Assembly: GCA_900752275.1 (NCBI GenBank)
Contig: CAADUS010000012.1
Location: forward strand, 1 to 45,156
Source: an uncultured Collinsella sp.
Lineage (GTDB): Bacteria > Actinomycetota > Coriobacteriia > Coriobacteriales > Coriobacteriaceae
DNA length: 45,156 nt
Direction of reading: 5' to 3'
Under the pieces are notes generated by a model, which made no database searches, was not told the origin of the DNA, and was given only the letters and a program-made list of their open reading frames with translations. This document shows positions 17,107-26,462 of this stretch, piece by piece. The translations under genes were made by a program, and so were the position numbers. Each line of letters starts with the position of its first letter. The stretch's first letter is position 1.

Positions 17107-18663
17107 TCAGCAAGTGGACGATTTTCTCTGGCGCGAATTCAGCTCCGCGATGTGGCGTGCGGCGAGCGCGGAGTCCGTCTCGACGTGCTCGTATCCGTTG
17201 GCGACGTGCTGCGTCGCGTCGGATCCCTTGGCAAGAAGGAGCACCACGGCACGCCGGCCGCAGCTCTTTGTGAGGTCAAAGGCGCGCGCGACGGCGGCCT
17301 CGCGGTCGAGCACGGTCTCGTGCGGGAAGCCCGCGGGCAGCGCCTCCTCCATCTGGCGGCAGATGTCTGCCGGGTCCTCGGTCCACGGGTCGTCGGTGGT
17401 CAGCACGATGCGGTTGACGTACTTGGCCGCGACCTCGGGCAGGTCGCGGCGGCGCTCGACGGCCTTGCCGCCCACCGCGCCGAAGACCGCGATCTTCTCG
17501 GCATCGGCAAAGCTGCCCTGAATGGCGGACAGCAGCGAGTCGAACGCCATGCGGTTGTGCGCGTAGTCGACGACGGCGGTCACGCGGCCGTCGTCGGTGC
17601 GGTAGAACTCCATGCGGCCGGGGACGTGTGTGACGGCGAGGCCGGCGACGATCTGGTCGACGGAAAGTCCCAGCTCCTCGGCGCAGATGGCGGCGCACAG
17701 CGCGTTGCTCACGCTGAAGTCGCCGGGGAAGGGGAGGGACGCCGGGCGCGCCTCTTCGCCGAGGTGGAGGGTGAAGCGGATGCCCGTCTCGTCGGCCTGG
17801 AGGTCGGAGGCCCAGGCATAGGCCTCGGGCCGGTTGAGGCCGAAGGTCAGGACGCGGTCGGCCGAGCCCGAGCGGGCGGCTTCGAGGATGCGGTCGGCGT
17901 GATCGGAGTCGAGGTTGACGACCGCTCTGCGGCACTGCTCGAAGATCCGCAGCTTTGAGCTGAAGTAGTCCTCGAAGTCCTTGTGCTCGACCGCGCTGAT
18001 GTGGTCGAGGCCGATGTTCAGAAAGCAGCCGAGCGCGAGGTCGACGCCGTAGCTGCGGTCGTACTTGAGCGCCTGGCTGGAGACCTCCATGACGAGGCCG
18101 CCGAGCTGCGCGTCGCAGGCGTTTGCCAGATGGCGCCAGAGGTCGGGGCTTTCCGGCGTCGTGTTGCGAGAAGGGCTGTCCTCGATGCCGTCGTAGGTCT
18201 CGACGGTGCCGATAATGCCGCAGGTTCCCTTTCCGCGGGCGTGGTCGACGATGGAGCGGACCATATAAGCGCAGGTCGTCTTGCCCTTGGTGCCCGTGAT
18301 GCCGATGATGGGCAGGTCGCGGTCGGGCCGGCCGAAGGCGGCGGCGGACGCGATGGCCATCGCGCGGCGCAGGTCTCCAGCGGCGACGGTGAGGGCGGGG
18401 AGCGCGGGCTCGGCGGCCGCGAGCTCGGGGAGCTTGACGGCGTCGGCGAGGTAGGCGACGGCGCCCGCCTCGCGCGCGGACGAGAGGAACGCCGGGCGGA
18501 ACGCGGCGCCCTTGCAGACGAAGATGTCGCCCGCACGGACAGCGCGCGAGTCGCAGGCGGCGCCGGTGATCACGGGGTCGGTGGTGGTCGGGGCGTGGAC
18601 CTCGCAGGCGATGTCGTGCGCGCGCAGCTCGCCTGCCAGCTGCGATAAAGTCAAGGTATCCAT
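17107..18663 (-). CDS. murE: UDP-N-acetylmuramyl-tripeptide synthetase (MurE-type Mur ligase)
   Basis: CDSR, GITGTKGKTT, NTTPES, MEVSSQ, DHIS..EH, VPGRME, VDYAHN. Confidence 0.88.
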   Translation of the reverse strand: MDTLTLSQLAGELRAHDIACEVHAPTTTDPVITGAACDSRAVRAGDIFVCKGAAFRPAFLSSAREAGAVAYLADAVKLPELAAAEPALPALTVAAGDLRRAMAIASAAAFGRPDRDLPIIGITGTKGKTTCAYMVRSIVDHARGKGTCGIIGTVETYDGIEDSPSRNTTPESPDLWRHLANACDAQLGGLVMEVSSQALKYDRSYGVDLALGCFLNIGLDHISAVEHKDFEDYFSSKLRIFEQCRRAVVNLDSDHADRILEAARSGSADRVLTFGLNRPEAYAWASDLQADETGIRFTLHLGEEARPASLPFPGDFSVSNALCAAICAEELGLSVDQIVAGLAVTHVPGRMEFYRTDDGRVTAVVDYAHNRMAFDSLLSAIQGSFADAEKIAVFGAVGGKAVERRRDLPEVAAKYVNRIVLTTDDPWTEDPADICRQMEEALPAGFPHETVLDREAAVARAFDLTKSCGRRAVVLLLAKGSDATQHVANGYEHVETDSALAARHIAELNSRQRKSSTC

Positions 18664-18686
18664 GCGCTCCAGTATAAGCCGCCCAA

Positions 18687-18796
18687 CACTGGGTGACAGT
18701 CATTGCGTGCAGCACTTTTGGGACACCCATCAGCCAATGACTGTCACCCAGTGATGGGTGTCACAGGATGCTGCACGCAATGACTGTCACCCAGTG
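18687..18796. repeat. Nested palindromic repeat with three copies of CAATGACTGTCACCCAGTG
   Basis: Perfect 28 bp arms 18687-18714 / 18769-18796; inner arms GACACCCATC/GATGGGTGTC; third copy at 18735-18753. Confidence 0.85.
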
Positions 18797-18833
18797 AGGG
18801 TGGGAGGGAACGTATGGTAAACTGGCTTGGTCT

Positions 18834-18909
18834 GGGCGATTGGCGCAGCGGCTAGCGCAGGTGCTTTACACGCACAAGGCCGGGAGTTCGAACCTCTCAT
18901 CGCCCACCA
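18834..18909 (+). tRNA. tRNA-Val(TAC)
   Basis: 76-nt cloverleaf: GGGCGAT/ATCGCCC acceptor, anticodon loop TT-TAC-AC, TTCGAAC T-loop, encoded CCA. Confidence 0.96.
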
Positions 18910-18920
18910 TAGGATAGCCG

Positions 18921-18954
18921 GCCCCGGCCCGCGAGCGCGGTCCGGGGCTTCTTT
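18921..18954 (+). terminator. Terminator after tRNA-Val
   Basis: GCCCCGG...CCGGGGC stem followed by TTCTTT. Confidence 0.65.
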
Positions 18955-18971
18955 GTAGGGAGGCAAGAAGC

Positions 18972-19715
18972 ATGACTACCCCCGAAGCGCCGCGCGAGCG
19001 CAGCTATGGCCGCGCCGCGGACCAGATGCGGCCCATCAAGCTCACGAACGACATCATTAAGACAGCCGACGGCTCGTGCCTCGCCGAGTTCGGCGACACG
19101 CGCGTTCTGTGCTGCGCGACCGTCGAGGAAGGTGTGCCCAAATGGCGCCGCGCGAGCCACGGCTGCGGGTGGGTCACCGCCGAGTACGCGATGCTCCCCG
19201 CGTCAACCGCGCGCAGGTCAAAGCGGGAGTACGGCGCGCGAAAGGGCCGCAGCATGGAGATCGAGCGCCTGATCGGCCGCAGCCTGCGCAGCGTCGTCCG
19301 TATGGAAAAGATGGGCGAGATCACGGTCACGCTCGACTGCGACGTCATCCAGGCGGACGGCGGCACCCGAACGGCGAGCGTGACCGGCGCCTGGGTCGCC
19401 CTGCACGACGCGCTCATGGGCCTCGTCCGCGCGAACAAGCTCAACCGTCTGCCGCTCACCGGTCAGGTCGCCGCGATCTCGGCGGGCATCGTCGGCGGGG
19501 AGGCGCTTCTCGACCTCGACTACTCCGAGGACAGCCACGCGGACGTGGACCTGAACCTCGTGGGGACGGACGCCGGCGGCATCGTCGAGGTGCAGGGCAC
19601 GGGCGAGCGCTCGACGTTCAGCCGCGCTCAGCTCGACGGGCTCCTCGACATGGGCCAGGCGGCCATCGAGCGCCTCGTGGCCATCCAGAACGACGTGACC
19701 GGGTTCAGGGACTGA
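18972..19715 (+). CDS. rph: Ribonuclease PH
   Basis: GWVTAEYAMLP, EIERLIGRSLR, DCDVIQADGGTRTAS, LDLDYSEDS, EVQGTGE. Confidence 0.96.
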   Translation: MTTPEAPRERSYGRAADQMRPIKLTNDIIKTADGSCLAEFGDTRVLCCATVEEGVPKWRRASHGCGWVTAEYAMLPASTARRSKREYGARKGRSMEIERLIGRSLRSVVRMEKMGEITVTLDCDVIQADGGTRTASVTGAWVALHDALMGLVRANKLNRLPLTGQVAAISAGIVGGEALLDLDYSEDSHADVDLNLVGTDAGGIVEVQGTGERSTFSRAQLDGLLDMGQAAIERLVAIQNDVTGFRD

Positions 19716-19737
19716 CGGCCCAAACAAGGAGGAAAAC

Positions 19738-20340
19738 ATGGCGGACAAGAAAACCGTGATCGTGGCGACCGGAAACGCGCACAAGGTCGTCGAGATCGAG
19801 GCGATCCTCTCGCGCGTGATGCCCGACGTGCGCTTCGTGGCGCTCGGCGAGCTCGGTGACTTCCCCGACCCTGAGGAGAACGGCTCCGACTTCTACGAGA
19901 ACGCGCTGATCAAGGCCCGCGCCGCGCAGGCCGAGACGGGCCTTGAGCTGGCCGTCGCGGACGACTCCGGCCTGTGCGTCGACGCGCTCGACGGCGCGCC
20001 GGGGATCTTCTCCGCGCGCTGGGCGGGCGAGCACGGCAACGACGGAGCGAACAACCAGAAACTCCTGCGCGAGCTCGCCGACGTGGAGGACGCCGACCGG
20101 ACCGCGCGCTTCCACTCGACCGTCGTGCTCGTACGCGGCGACGAGGTCCTGCGCGGCGACGGCGACTGCCCCGGCGTCATCGGCCATGAGCTACGCGGGT
20201 CCAACGGCTTCGGCTACGACCCGCTGTTCTGGCCGAACGACGTCCCGGGCCGCACAATGGCGGAGCTCTCGCTCGACGAGAAGAACCGCATCTCGCACCG
20301 CGCCCGCGCGCTCGCGGATCTCGCGGCGAAGGTGGGGTAA
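19738..20340 (+). CDS. rdgB: Non-canonical purine NTP pyrophosphatase (RdgB/HAM1)
   Basis: ATGNAHK, ENALIKA, ADDSGL, PGIFSAR, GFGYDPLF, KNRISHR; follows rph. Confidence 0.96.
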   Translation: MADKKTVIVATGNAHKVVEIEAILSRVMPDVRFVALGELGDFPDPEENGSDFYENALIKARAAQAETGLELAVADDSGLCVDALDGAPGIFSARWAGEHGNDGANNQKLLRELADVEDADRTARFHSTVVLVRGDEVLRGDGDCPGVIGHELRGSNGFGYDPLFWPNDVPGRTMAELSLDEKNRISHRARALADLAAKVG

Positions 20341-20530
20341 GCCCGCGCCGACCGTCCTCGCCGCCGCCCGCGCACCGTTCGGCTGGTAACATAAAAATGA
20401 GCCAGTTAACAGGCGAAACATCGCGCACAATAGATTTAGCTGCGGACGGGCAGGGGCCTCGACGCGGCGGGTCTTTCTCTTATCGTTTTCGCGGCCGCGC
20501 CCTGGCGGTTACGCAAAAGAAGGAGTAAGC

Positions 20531-21265
20531 ATGAAGATCGTTCGCGCCAAGGATTACCAGGACATGAGCCGCAAGGCCGCCAACATCATCTCGGCCCAGG
20601 TCATCCTCAAGCCCGAATGCATCCTCGGCCTCGCCACCGGCAGCACGCCGATGGGCGCCTACCAGCAGCTGATCAAGTGGTACGAGAAAGGCGACGTCGA
20701 TTTCTCGCAGGTCAGCACCTTCAACCTCGACGAGTACGTGGGGCTTTCCGACGACGACCCGCAGAGCTACCACTACTTCATGCGCAAGAACTTCTTTGAC
20801 CACGTGAACATCGATCTCGCGAAGACCCACGTGCCCGACGGCGCGACCAAGGACCCCGAGTCCTTCTGCAAGAACTACGACCGCATGATCGCCGAGGCCG
20901 GCTACCCTGACCTGCAGCTCCTCGGCATCGGCAACAACGGCCACATCGGTTTCAACGAGCCGGACGACCACTTCAGCGCCGGCACCCACTGCGTCGACCT
21001 CACCGAGAGCACCATCCAGGCCAACTCCCGCCTCTTCGAGAAGGAGGAGGATGTCCCGCGCCAGGCCTACACCATGGGCGTCCAGACCATCATGTACGCG
21101 CATATGATCCTCGTCGCCGCCAACGGTGAGAAGAAGGCTCAGGCTGTTCGCGACATGTGCTTCGGCCCCGTGACCCCGAGCTGCCCCGCCTCCATCCTGC
21201 AGCTGCACACCAACTGCGTCGTGGTCGCCGACGAGGCCGCGCTTTCGCTCTGCCCCGCTGAGTAA
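20531..21265 (+). CDS. nagB: Glucosamine-6-phosphate deaminase
   Basis: LGLATGSTP, TFNLDEYVGL, LLGIGNNGHIGFNEP, PASILQLH. Confidence 0.96.
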   Translation: MKIVRAKDYQDMSRKAANIISAQVILKPECILGLATGSTPMGAYQQLIKWYEKGDVDFSQVSTFNLDEYVGLSDDDPQSYHYFMRKNFFDHVNIDLAKTHVPDGATKDPESFCKNYDRMIAEAGYPDLQLLGIGNNGHIGFNEPDDHFSAGTHCVDLTESTIQANSRLFEKEEDVPRQAYTMGVQTIMYAHMILVAANGEKKAQAVRDMCFGPVTPSCPASILQLHTNCVVVADEAALSLCPAE

Positions 21266-21481
21266 AAGACGGACAGGCCCCTGACCTCGGCGCCGTTTGC
21301 GCTCGCCGGTTGGCCGCCGTCTTTGATATGGGCACAAAAGGGCCTGGCCCTTTTGCATAAGGCCCGGCGCCGCTCCCCCACGGCGCTGGGCCTCTTGTTT
21401 GGATTGCCGCTGCTGCGGCGCGATGACCGCAGGACGTTGCCGGAACGGCGGCTGGCGCGCCCGGATCCAGCGCGCTTCTCG

Positions 21482-22567
21482 CTAGATCTTGAGTACCGTG
21501 AGCTCCTTGGTGTAACTGTTCAGGACCTCGCGGCCGTCGTCGGTCACGATCAGAAGGTCTTCGACGCGGACGCCGATGTCGCCCGGCAGGTAGATGCCCG
21601 GCTCGATCGAGAAGCACTGCCCGGGGCGCACGCCCTCGTGGTGGACGCTCGACACGTCGCCGGGCTCGTGGTCTGTAAGGCCGATCTGGTGACCGAGGCG
21701 GTGGTTGAAGTAGGGGCCCCAACCGGCGTCCTCGATGATGCGGCGCGCGGTGAGGTCGATCTGGGCGAACTCGACGCCCGGGCGCACGATGGCCTCGGCG
21801 GCCTCGTTGGCGCGGCGCACGGTGTCGTAGACGCGGCGCTGGTGCTCGGTCGGCTCGGCGGTGAAGAACGTGCGCGTCATGTCCGAGCAGTACCAGTCCT
21901 TCTTGCAACCGACGTCGAAGAGCACGATGTCTCCCAGCTTAAACGGGGTGTCGTCGGGCTCGTGGTGCGGGTCGGCGCCGTGGTCGCCGAAGCTCACGAT
22001 GGGCGTGAAGGAATGGTCCTGCGCGCCGAGGCGGCGGTACTCACCCAAAAGCCCGTCGGCGATCTGGCGCTCGGTGACGCCGGGGCGCACCTGCGCGGCG
22101 AGCCACTCCATGGCCTGGTCGTTGACGGCGGAGGCGGCGCGCATGAGCTCCTGCTCGCGGGAGTCCTTGATCGAGCGGGCGTCGTCTATGGCGTCAGAGG
22201 CGAGGGCGAAGCCGGTCGCGGCACCGGCCTCCATGAGAGGGACGAGCCAACGCGCCGAGAGCTCTTTGTCGACACCGAGTGCCGATGCGTGGTCGGTCAC
22301 GGCGCACACGAGGGCGATGGGATCCTCGGTGTCGTCGAAGGTGCGCACGTCGGCGCACGCGTCTCCGACCTCGGGGAAGAGCCGGTTGCAGAACATCACG
22401 GGCTCGCGGGTCTCGTCGCACGGGACGTAGAGCGCGAGGAACCGCTCGTAGGGCTCGGTGTAGTAGCCGCAGAGCCACCAGATGGACAAGGGGTCCACCA
22501 GCAGCATCTGGTTGAGGCCGCGGGAGCGCAGGTTGGCGCGCACGCGGGCAAGGCGATCGTTGTTCAT
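21482..22567 (-). CDS. Xaa-Pro peptidase (M24B family)
   Basis: PHH, LFDVG, YCSDMTRT, HRLGHQIG..HE, FSIEPGIY, GVRVED. Confidence 0.93.
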   Translation of the reverse strand: MNNDRLARVRANLRSRGLNQMLLVDPLSIWWLCGYYTEPYERFLALYVPCDETREPVMFCNRLFPEVGDACADVRTFDDTEDPIALVCAVTDHASALGVDKELSARWLVPLMEAGAATGFALASDAIDDARSIKDSREQELMRAASAVNDQAMEWLAAQVRPGVTERQIADGLLGEYRRLGAQDHSFTPIVSFGDHGADPHHEPDDTPFKLGDIVLFDVGCKKDWYCSDMTRTFFTAEPTEHQRRVYDTVRRANEAAEAIVRPGVEFAQIDLTARRIIEDAGWGPYFNHRLGHQIGLTDHEPGDVSSVHHEGVRPGQCFSIEPGIYLPGDIGVRVEDLLIVTDDGREVLNSYTKELTVLKI

Positions 22568-22792
22568 GGCGTGATCCTTTCGACGCTTGCCAGTGTAGCG
22601 CGCGGGGGCGCGCCGGGGGCAAGAAGCGCGGCCCGGGCACGTGATCCCGGCGTTTGGGGCGAACCTGACAGTCGGGCGCCTGCCCCATCTGGTGTTGTCG
22701 TGTCAAATGTGGGTTAAGTGGGTTTTTTATGGCTCCCTACGGGGTAAGATAATAGATTGCTAAACAACGACACCCGTCCGGAGGCATTTCAG

Positions 22793-23089
22793 ATGGAAAA
22801 CGAGATCCCGTCCGTTAACCGCGTTGACGACATTCGCGAGCGCCTCGCCGACCTCAAGGGCAAGCGGCTGAGGGTCAAGGCGAACATGGGCCGTTCCCGC
22901 ATCGTCGAGCGCTCGGGCACCCTCGTCAACGTTCACCCGTCGCTCTTCATCATCGAGGTCGAGGAGCGCCGCGGCCGCACCGCGCGCCAGTCTTTCCAGT
23001 ACGTCGACGTGCTCACGGGCACCGTCGAGCTCTTCGACGCCGAGTCCGGCGAGAAGCTCTTTGACTACGCTCCCACAGAGGCGGAGTAG
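22793..23089 (+). CDS. veg: Veg family protein
   Basis: LRVKANMGR, HPSLFIIE, SFQYVDVLTGTVEL; veg-ispE order; ATG 22793 after GGAGG. Confidence 0.88.
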   Translation: MENEIPSVNRVDDIRERLADLKGKRLRVKANMGRSRIVERSGTLVNVHPSLFIIEVEERRGRTARQSFQYVDVLTGTVELFDAESGEKLFDYAPTEAE

Positions 23090-23104
23090 GCGAGGAGACA
23101 AAAA

Positions 23105-23986
23105 ATGGTCGGTCGCCAGGTCGTCTACGCACCTTGCAAGATTAACCTGCACCTCGGCATCCACGCCCAGACCGATGAGCGCGGCTACCACTACGTTGAC
23201 TCCGTGATGGCGCCCGTGGGCCTCTTTGACGAGGTCACGGTGGACGACGCGCCCTTCTTTGCCGTGCGGCACGAGCCCGCGCTCGAGGTCCCGCCCGAGA
23301 AGACCACCGTGTGGAAGGCGGCGACGATGCTCGCCGAGGAGCTTCACACGAAGCTTAACCTGCGCATCGACATAAAGACGCGCATTCCCGAGAAGGCCGG
23401 CCTGGGCGGCTCGTCCGCTGATGCCGGTGCCGCACTGCGTGCGCTGTGCGCCCGCTGGGGCGTGGACGTGAACGATCCTCGCGTGGTCGACGTGGCGCGT
23501 CGCATCGGGGCCGATGTCGCGTTCTTCCTCAACCCGGAGCCCTCGCTGTACCTCGGTGCCGGGGACATGCTGACGGAGACCTTCCCGGTGTTGCCCTTGC
23601 CGGTCGTCATCGTCAAGCCGGCGGGTGACGGAGTCTCGGCGCGCGCGGCGTACGAGGAGTTCGATCGCGGCCCGAGCGAGCCGGTGTCATATGGAGATAT
23701 GTGCCGCGCGCTGCGCGAGGGAAGTGTGGAGGGTGTGCGCGAGCACATCTTCAACAACCTCGCGCCCGCGGCGAAGGCGCTGCAGCCGGGCTGCGCGGAG
23801 GCGGAAAGCTGGCTCGAGGCGCAGCCCGAGACACGCGGCGCGCTCGTGTCCGGCTCCGGGAGCTGCGCTTTTGCGTTGTGCGACGGCCTCGGGGCGGCTC
23901 GCGCCGTGGCCAAGCGGGCGGGCGGCGAGCAAGGTTGGTGGTCTTTTGCAACATTGACGGTTGGAAAGCCGGAAGAAGTCTGCTAG
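23105..23986 (+). CDS. ispE: 4-diphosphocytidyl-2-C-methyl-D-erythritol kinase
   Basis: APCKINLHL, GYH, IPEKAGLGGSSADA, IGADVAFF, VSGSGS. Confidence 0.93.
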   Translation: MVGRQVVYAPCKINLHLGIHAQTDERGYHYVDSVMAPVGLFDEVTVDDAPFFAVRHEPALEVPPEKTTVWKAATMLAEELHTKLNLRIDIKTRIPEKAGLGGSSADAGAALRALCARWGVDVNDPRVVDVARRIGADVAFFLNPEPSLYLGAGDMLTETFPVLPLPVVIVKPAGDGVSARAAYEEFDRGPSEPVSYGDMCRALREGSVEGVREHIFNNLAPAAKALQPGCAEAESWLEAQPETRGALVSGSGSCAFALCDGLGAARAVAKRAGGEQGWWSFATLTVGKPEEVC

Positions 23987-23989
23987 AAT
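23961..23989 (+). promoter_or_regulatory. Putative housekeeping-sigma promoter for tRNA-Pro
   Basis: TTGGAA-17 nt-TAGAAT with an extended TG, 12 nt before the tRNA. Confidence 0.5.
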
Positions 23990-24001
23990 CTACTCCTGCA
24001 A

Positions 24002-24078
24002 CGGGTTGTGGCTCAGTTTGGTAGAGCACCGCGTTCGGGACGCGGGGGTCGCTGGTTCGAATCCAGTCAACCCGACCA
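24002..24078 (+). tRNA. tRNA-Pro(CGG)
   Basis: 77-nt cloverleaf: CGGGTTG/CAACCCG acceptor, CCGCG-TT-CGG-GA-CGCGG anticodon arm, GGTTCGAATCC, CCA. Confidence 0.96.
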
Positions 24079-24090
24079 TTTAAAGAGAGG

Positions 24091-24119
24091 GGCCAGGTAG
24101 CTTGCTGCCTGGCCTTTTT
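24091..24119 (+). terminator. Terminator after tRNA-Pro
   Basis: GGCCAGGTAGC-tt-GCTGCCTGGCC followed by TTTTT. Confidence 0.75.
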
Positions 24120-24143
24120 CGTATTGATGGAAAGAAGGGCGCC

Positions 24144-25541
24144 ATGGCGACTGCGGACAACTACCAAGCGACGAACGAGGACTTCAAGCACCTGAACGAC
24201 GGGCTTCCCGCGGATATGACCCGGTTGATCGCCGCGGGCGCCTTCGACGACGCCTTGCGCCTGATCGAGGCCGAGCTCGACGCCGGCACGCGTCCCGAGC
24301 TCGCGGCGTGCCTGCGCGCCGAGCGCGCCCGCATCCTGCGCACGCGGCGGGACTTCAGCGTCACGCGGGAGGGCATCATCGCCGAAATCCAAAAGGAGTG
24401 GCCCGAGTTCGGCGCCTCCAAGCTCGATACCCTTATCGACCACGGCCGCATCGACTGGCGCTACGTGGATGGCGAGCAGCGCTTCCTCGCGAGCTGCATC
24501 GACTCGCTGCGCAACTATCCTGCCGAGGTGCCGGGCCTCGATCGCCCGCCGACCGATCGCGCCGAGCAGCACGCCGTGATCGACCAGATGCGCGCCCAGG
24601 GGTTCGCCGAGCGCCGCATCCGCATGCGCCTTGGCGTGGCCGCTGCCGACGCCGTCGAGGTGTCCCCACAGAGCAAGGTGCGCGCCTGGCTCCCGCTGCC
24701 GGCGGGCCCGCAAGTCGCCGACCTGCGGATTATCGACTCGACGCCGGGTATTTGCGTGGCTCCCGAGGACGCGCCGCAGCGCACCGCGTATTGGGAGGCC
24801 ACGGGCGAGCGGGACTTCTTTATGGAGCTTGAGTACACGGTCCGGGCTCCCTACGTCGACCTTTGGGCCGAAAACCCCGTGCCCGCCGCGGCAGATCCGC
24901 GCTTTGACCCCGCGCCCGCGCCGTGCGCCGCAGACCTCGCCGAGGATACGCCGCACGTCGTGTTCACCCCGTACCTGCGCGCCCTCGCGCAGCGGCTTTC
25001 CCGCAATATCCCCGAGGGCGACGCCCTCGGACGTGCCCGCGCCGCCTACAACTGGGTGACGAACAACGTCGACTATCGCTTCCAGCCCGCCTACGTGCTT
25101 CTTGACTCCATTGCAGATAGCTGCGCAAAGAGCCTGCGCGCGGACTGCGGTGTGTTTGCGCTCACCTTCATGGCGCTGTGCCGCCTGGGCGGCGTGCCCG
25201 CGCGCTGGCAGAGCGGCCTGTACGTGGCGCCCGACCACGTGGGCCCGCATGACTGGGCGATGTTCTACATCGAGGGCCTCGGCTGGCTGTGGGCCGACTG
25301 CTCCTTTGGCTCGTCTGCCCGTCGCGAGGGCAACGAGGCGCGCCGCAGGTTCTACTTCGGCAACCTCGGCCCGTGGCGCATGCCGGCCAACAGCGCTTTC
25401 TTTGCGCCGCTCACGCCTGCTGTCGACGTTCTGCGCGACGACCCCTTCGACAACCAGACCGGCGAGATGATCGTCGACGGCGTCGGCCTTTCGCGCTACG
25501 AGACGGTCGAGACCCGCGAGGCCACCATCACAGAGCCGTAA
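24144..25541 (+). CDS. Transglutaminase-like domain protein (no signal peptide seen)
   Basis: ADCGVFALTFMALCRLGGVPARWQSG (Cys), HDWAMFY (His), WLWAD (Asp). Confidence 0.88.
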   Translation: MATADNYQATNEDFKHLNDGLPADMTRLIAAGAFDDALRLIEAELDAGTRPELAACLRAERARILRTRRDFSVTREGIIAEIQKEWPEFGASKLDTLIDHGRIDWRYVDGEQRFLASCIDSLRNYPAEVPGLDRPPTDRAEQHAVIDQMRAQGFAERRIRMRLGVAAADAVEVSPQSKVRAWLPLPAGPQVADLRIIDSTPGICVAPEDAPQRTAYWEATGERDFFMELEYTVRAPYVDLWAENPVPAAADPRFDPAPAPCAADLAEDTPHVVFTPYLRALAQRLSRNIPEGDALGRARAAYNWVTNNVDYRFQPAYVLLDSIADSCAKSLRADCGVFALTFMALCRLGGVPARWQSGLYVAPDHVGPHDWAMFYIEGLGWLWADCSFGSSARREGNEARRRFYFGNLGPWRMPANSAFFAPLTPAVDVLRDDPFDNQTGEMIVDGVGLSRYETVETREATITEP

Positions 25542-25629
25542 CCTGCTATTTCAGCCTGGCTGATTTGGCAGCGTTTTTTGCCTGGCTGGAATGGCGGGCA
25601 AATAGCAGAGGAAGGAGGGCTGGCAAGCC

Positions 25630-26294
25630 ATGAGCGTAATTAGAAAAAACGTTCCCATGGCGGCGCTCGCCTTCTTCTACCTCGCGTTTCTTGGCGTCGA
25701 ATACCTTTTTGACGAGAAGGTCGCGCTTCTTGCCGGCGCCGGCTCGGTGGCGATGGCCGAGTCTGTCGTGGTCGGGATCAGCGTGGCTGGCTTTCTCCTG
25801 TACCCGCCCGCGCTGAGGTTTTCCGAGCGCCGGATCAAGCCCTTGCTGCTCGTCGCCGGGGGTCTAGCCGCGGCGTGCTCCGTCGAGATCGGCGTCGCAG
25901 AGCAGCCGGTTGCCGTCTACGTTGAGGGCGCCGTCGGGCTTCTGTGCCTCGGCTTTGTTGGCGCGGCCGCGCACGATGCGGTCGCCCGCGAGCGCGAGGA
26001 TGCCGGAATAGCAAGTACCGTGGGCGTCGCCTATACAGCGGCGATCCTTCTGCAGGTCGAGCTTCAGGAGCTGACGGAAGCCGGACTGATGCGCGCGGCG
26101 CTGCTCGGAAGCCTGATCCCGAGCCGTACCTGCGCGCGCTTCAGATTCTTGGGCGAGAGGTGGGGGAGGCGATAGCGTTCGACGATTCGCCGTCCGGAGT
26201 CGCCTCCGCGCGAGCCGCAGGGGTCTATACCGTTTGCTATCGCGGCGATGCGCTTGCGGATGCGCAGCTGGACGACTTCGACGAGCTGCTGTAG
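25630..26294 (+). pseudogene. Deletion fusion: N-terminal part of a multi-TM membrane protein joined out of frame to the C-terminal part of a HAD phosphatase
   Basis: Hydrophobic helices run to ~26105. From 26103 another frame reads ARKPDPEPYLRAL...AIAFDDSPSGVASARAAG...DDFDELL* (HAD motifs III/IV) with no motif I upstream. Confidence 0.75.
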
Positions 26295-26304
26295 CGGCAA
26301 TTAA

Positions 26305-26351
26305 AAGCGGGTGCGAATTATCCGTAGCTCTCGGATAATTCGCACCCGCTT
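26305..26351. repeat. Perfect 20 bp inverted repeat (palindromic element or bidirectional terminator)
   Basis: AAGCGGGTGCGAATTATCCG-tagctct-CGGATAATTCGCACCCGCTT, between convergent genes. Confidence 0.8.
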
Positions 26352-26386
26352 CTTTGTTATCGGTCGCGTAGGCGCGCCATGTTCCA

Positions 26387-26431
26387 GGGTGTCCCAGAAA
26401 GCTGCAGCCAATGACTGTCACCCAGTGATGG
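26387..26431. repeat. Partial copy of the 18687-18796 repeat
   Basis: 26405-26431 is identical to 18731-18757 (27 nt); 26387-26406 resembles the reverse complement of ~18708-18728. Confidence 0.85.
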
Positions 26432-26462
26432 TGAGGATTGGGGCAGCTCCCGTCCCCGGGCG

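Noticed and set aside
18687..18796. Mini CRISPR array
   Set aside because: Copies are in mixed orientation and form nested hairpins; only two are in direct orientation and no cas genes are in the window.
21323..22717. 464-aa plus-strand ORF
   Set aside because: Antisense shadow of the M24 peptidase gene.
24144..25541. Second transglutaminase-like gene as part of the pilus-like system
   Set aside because: Opposite strand, no signal peptide, different architecture and separated by a pseudogene; no evidence of linkage.
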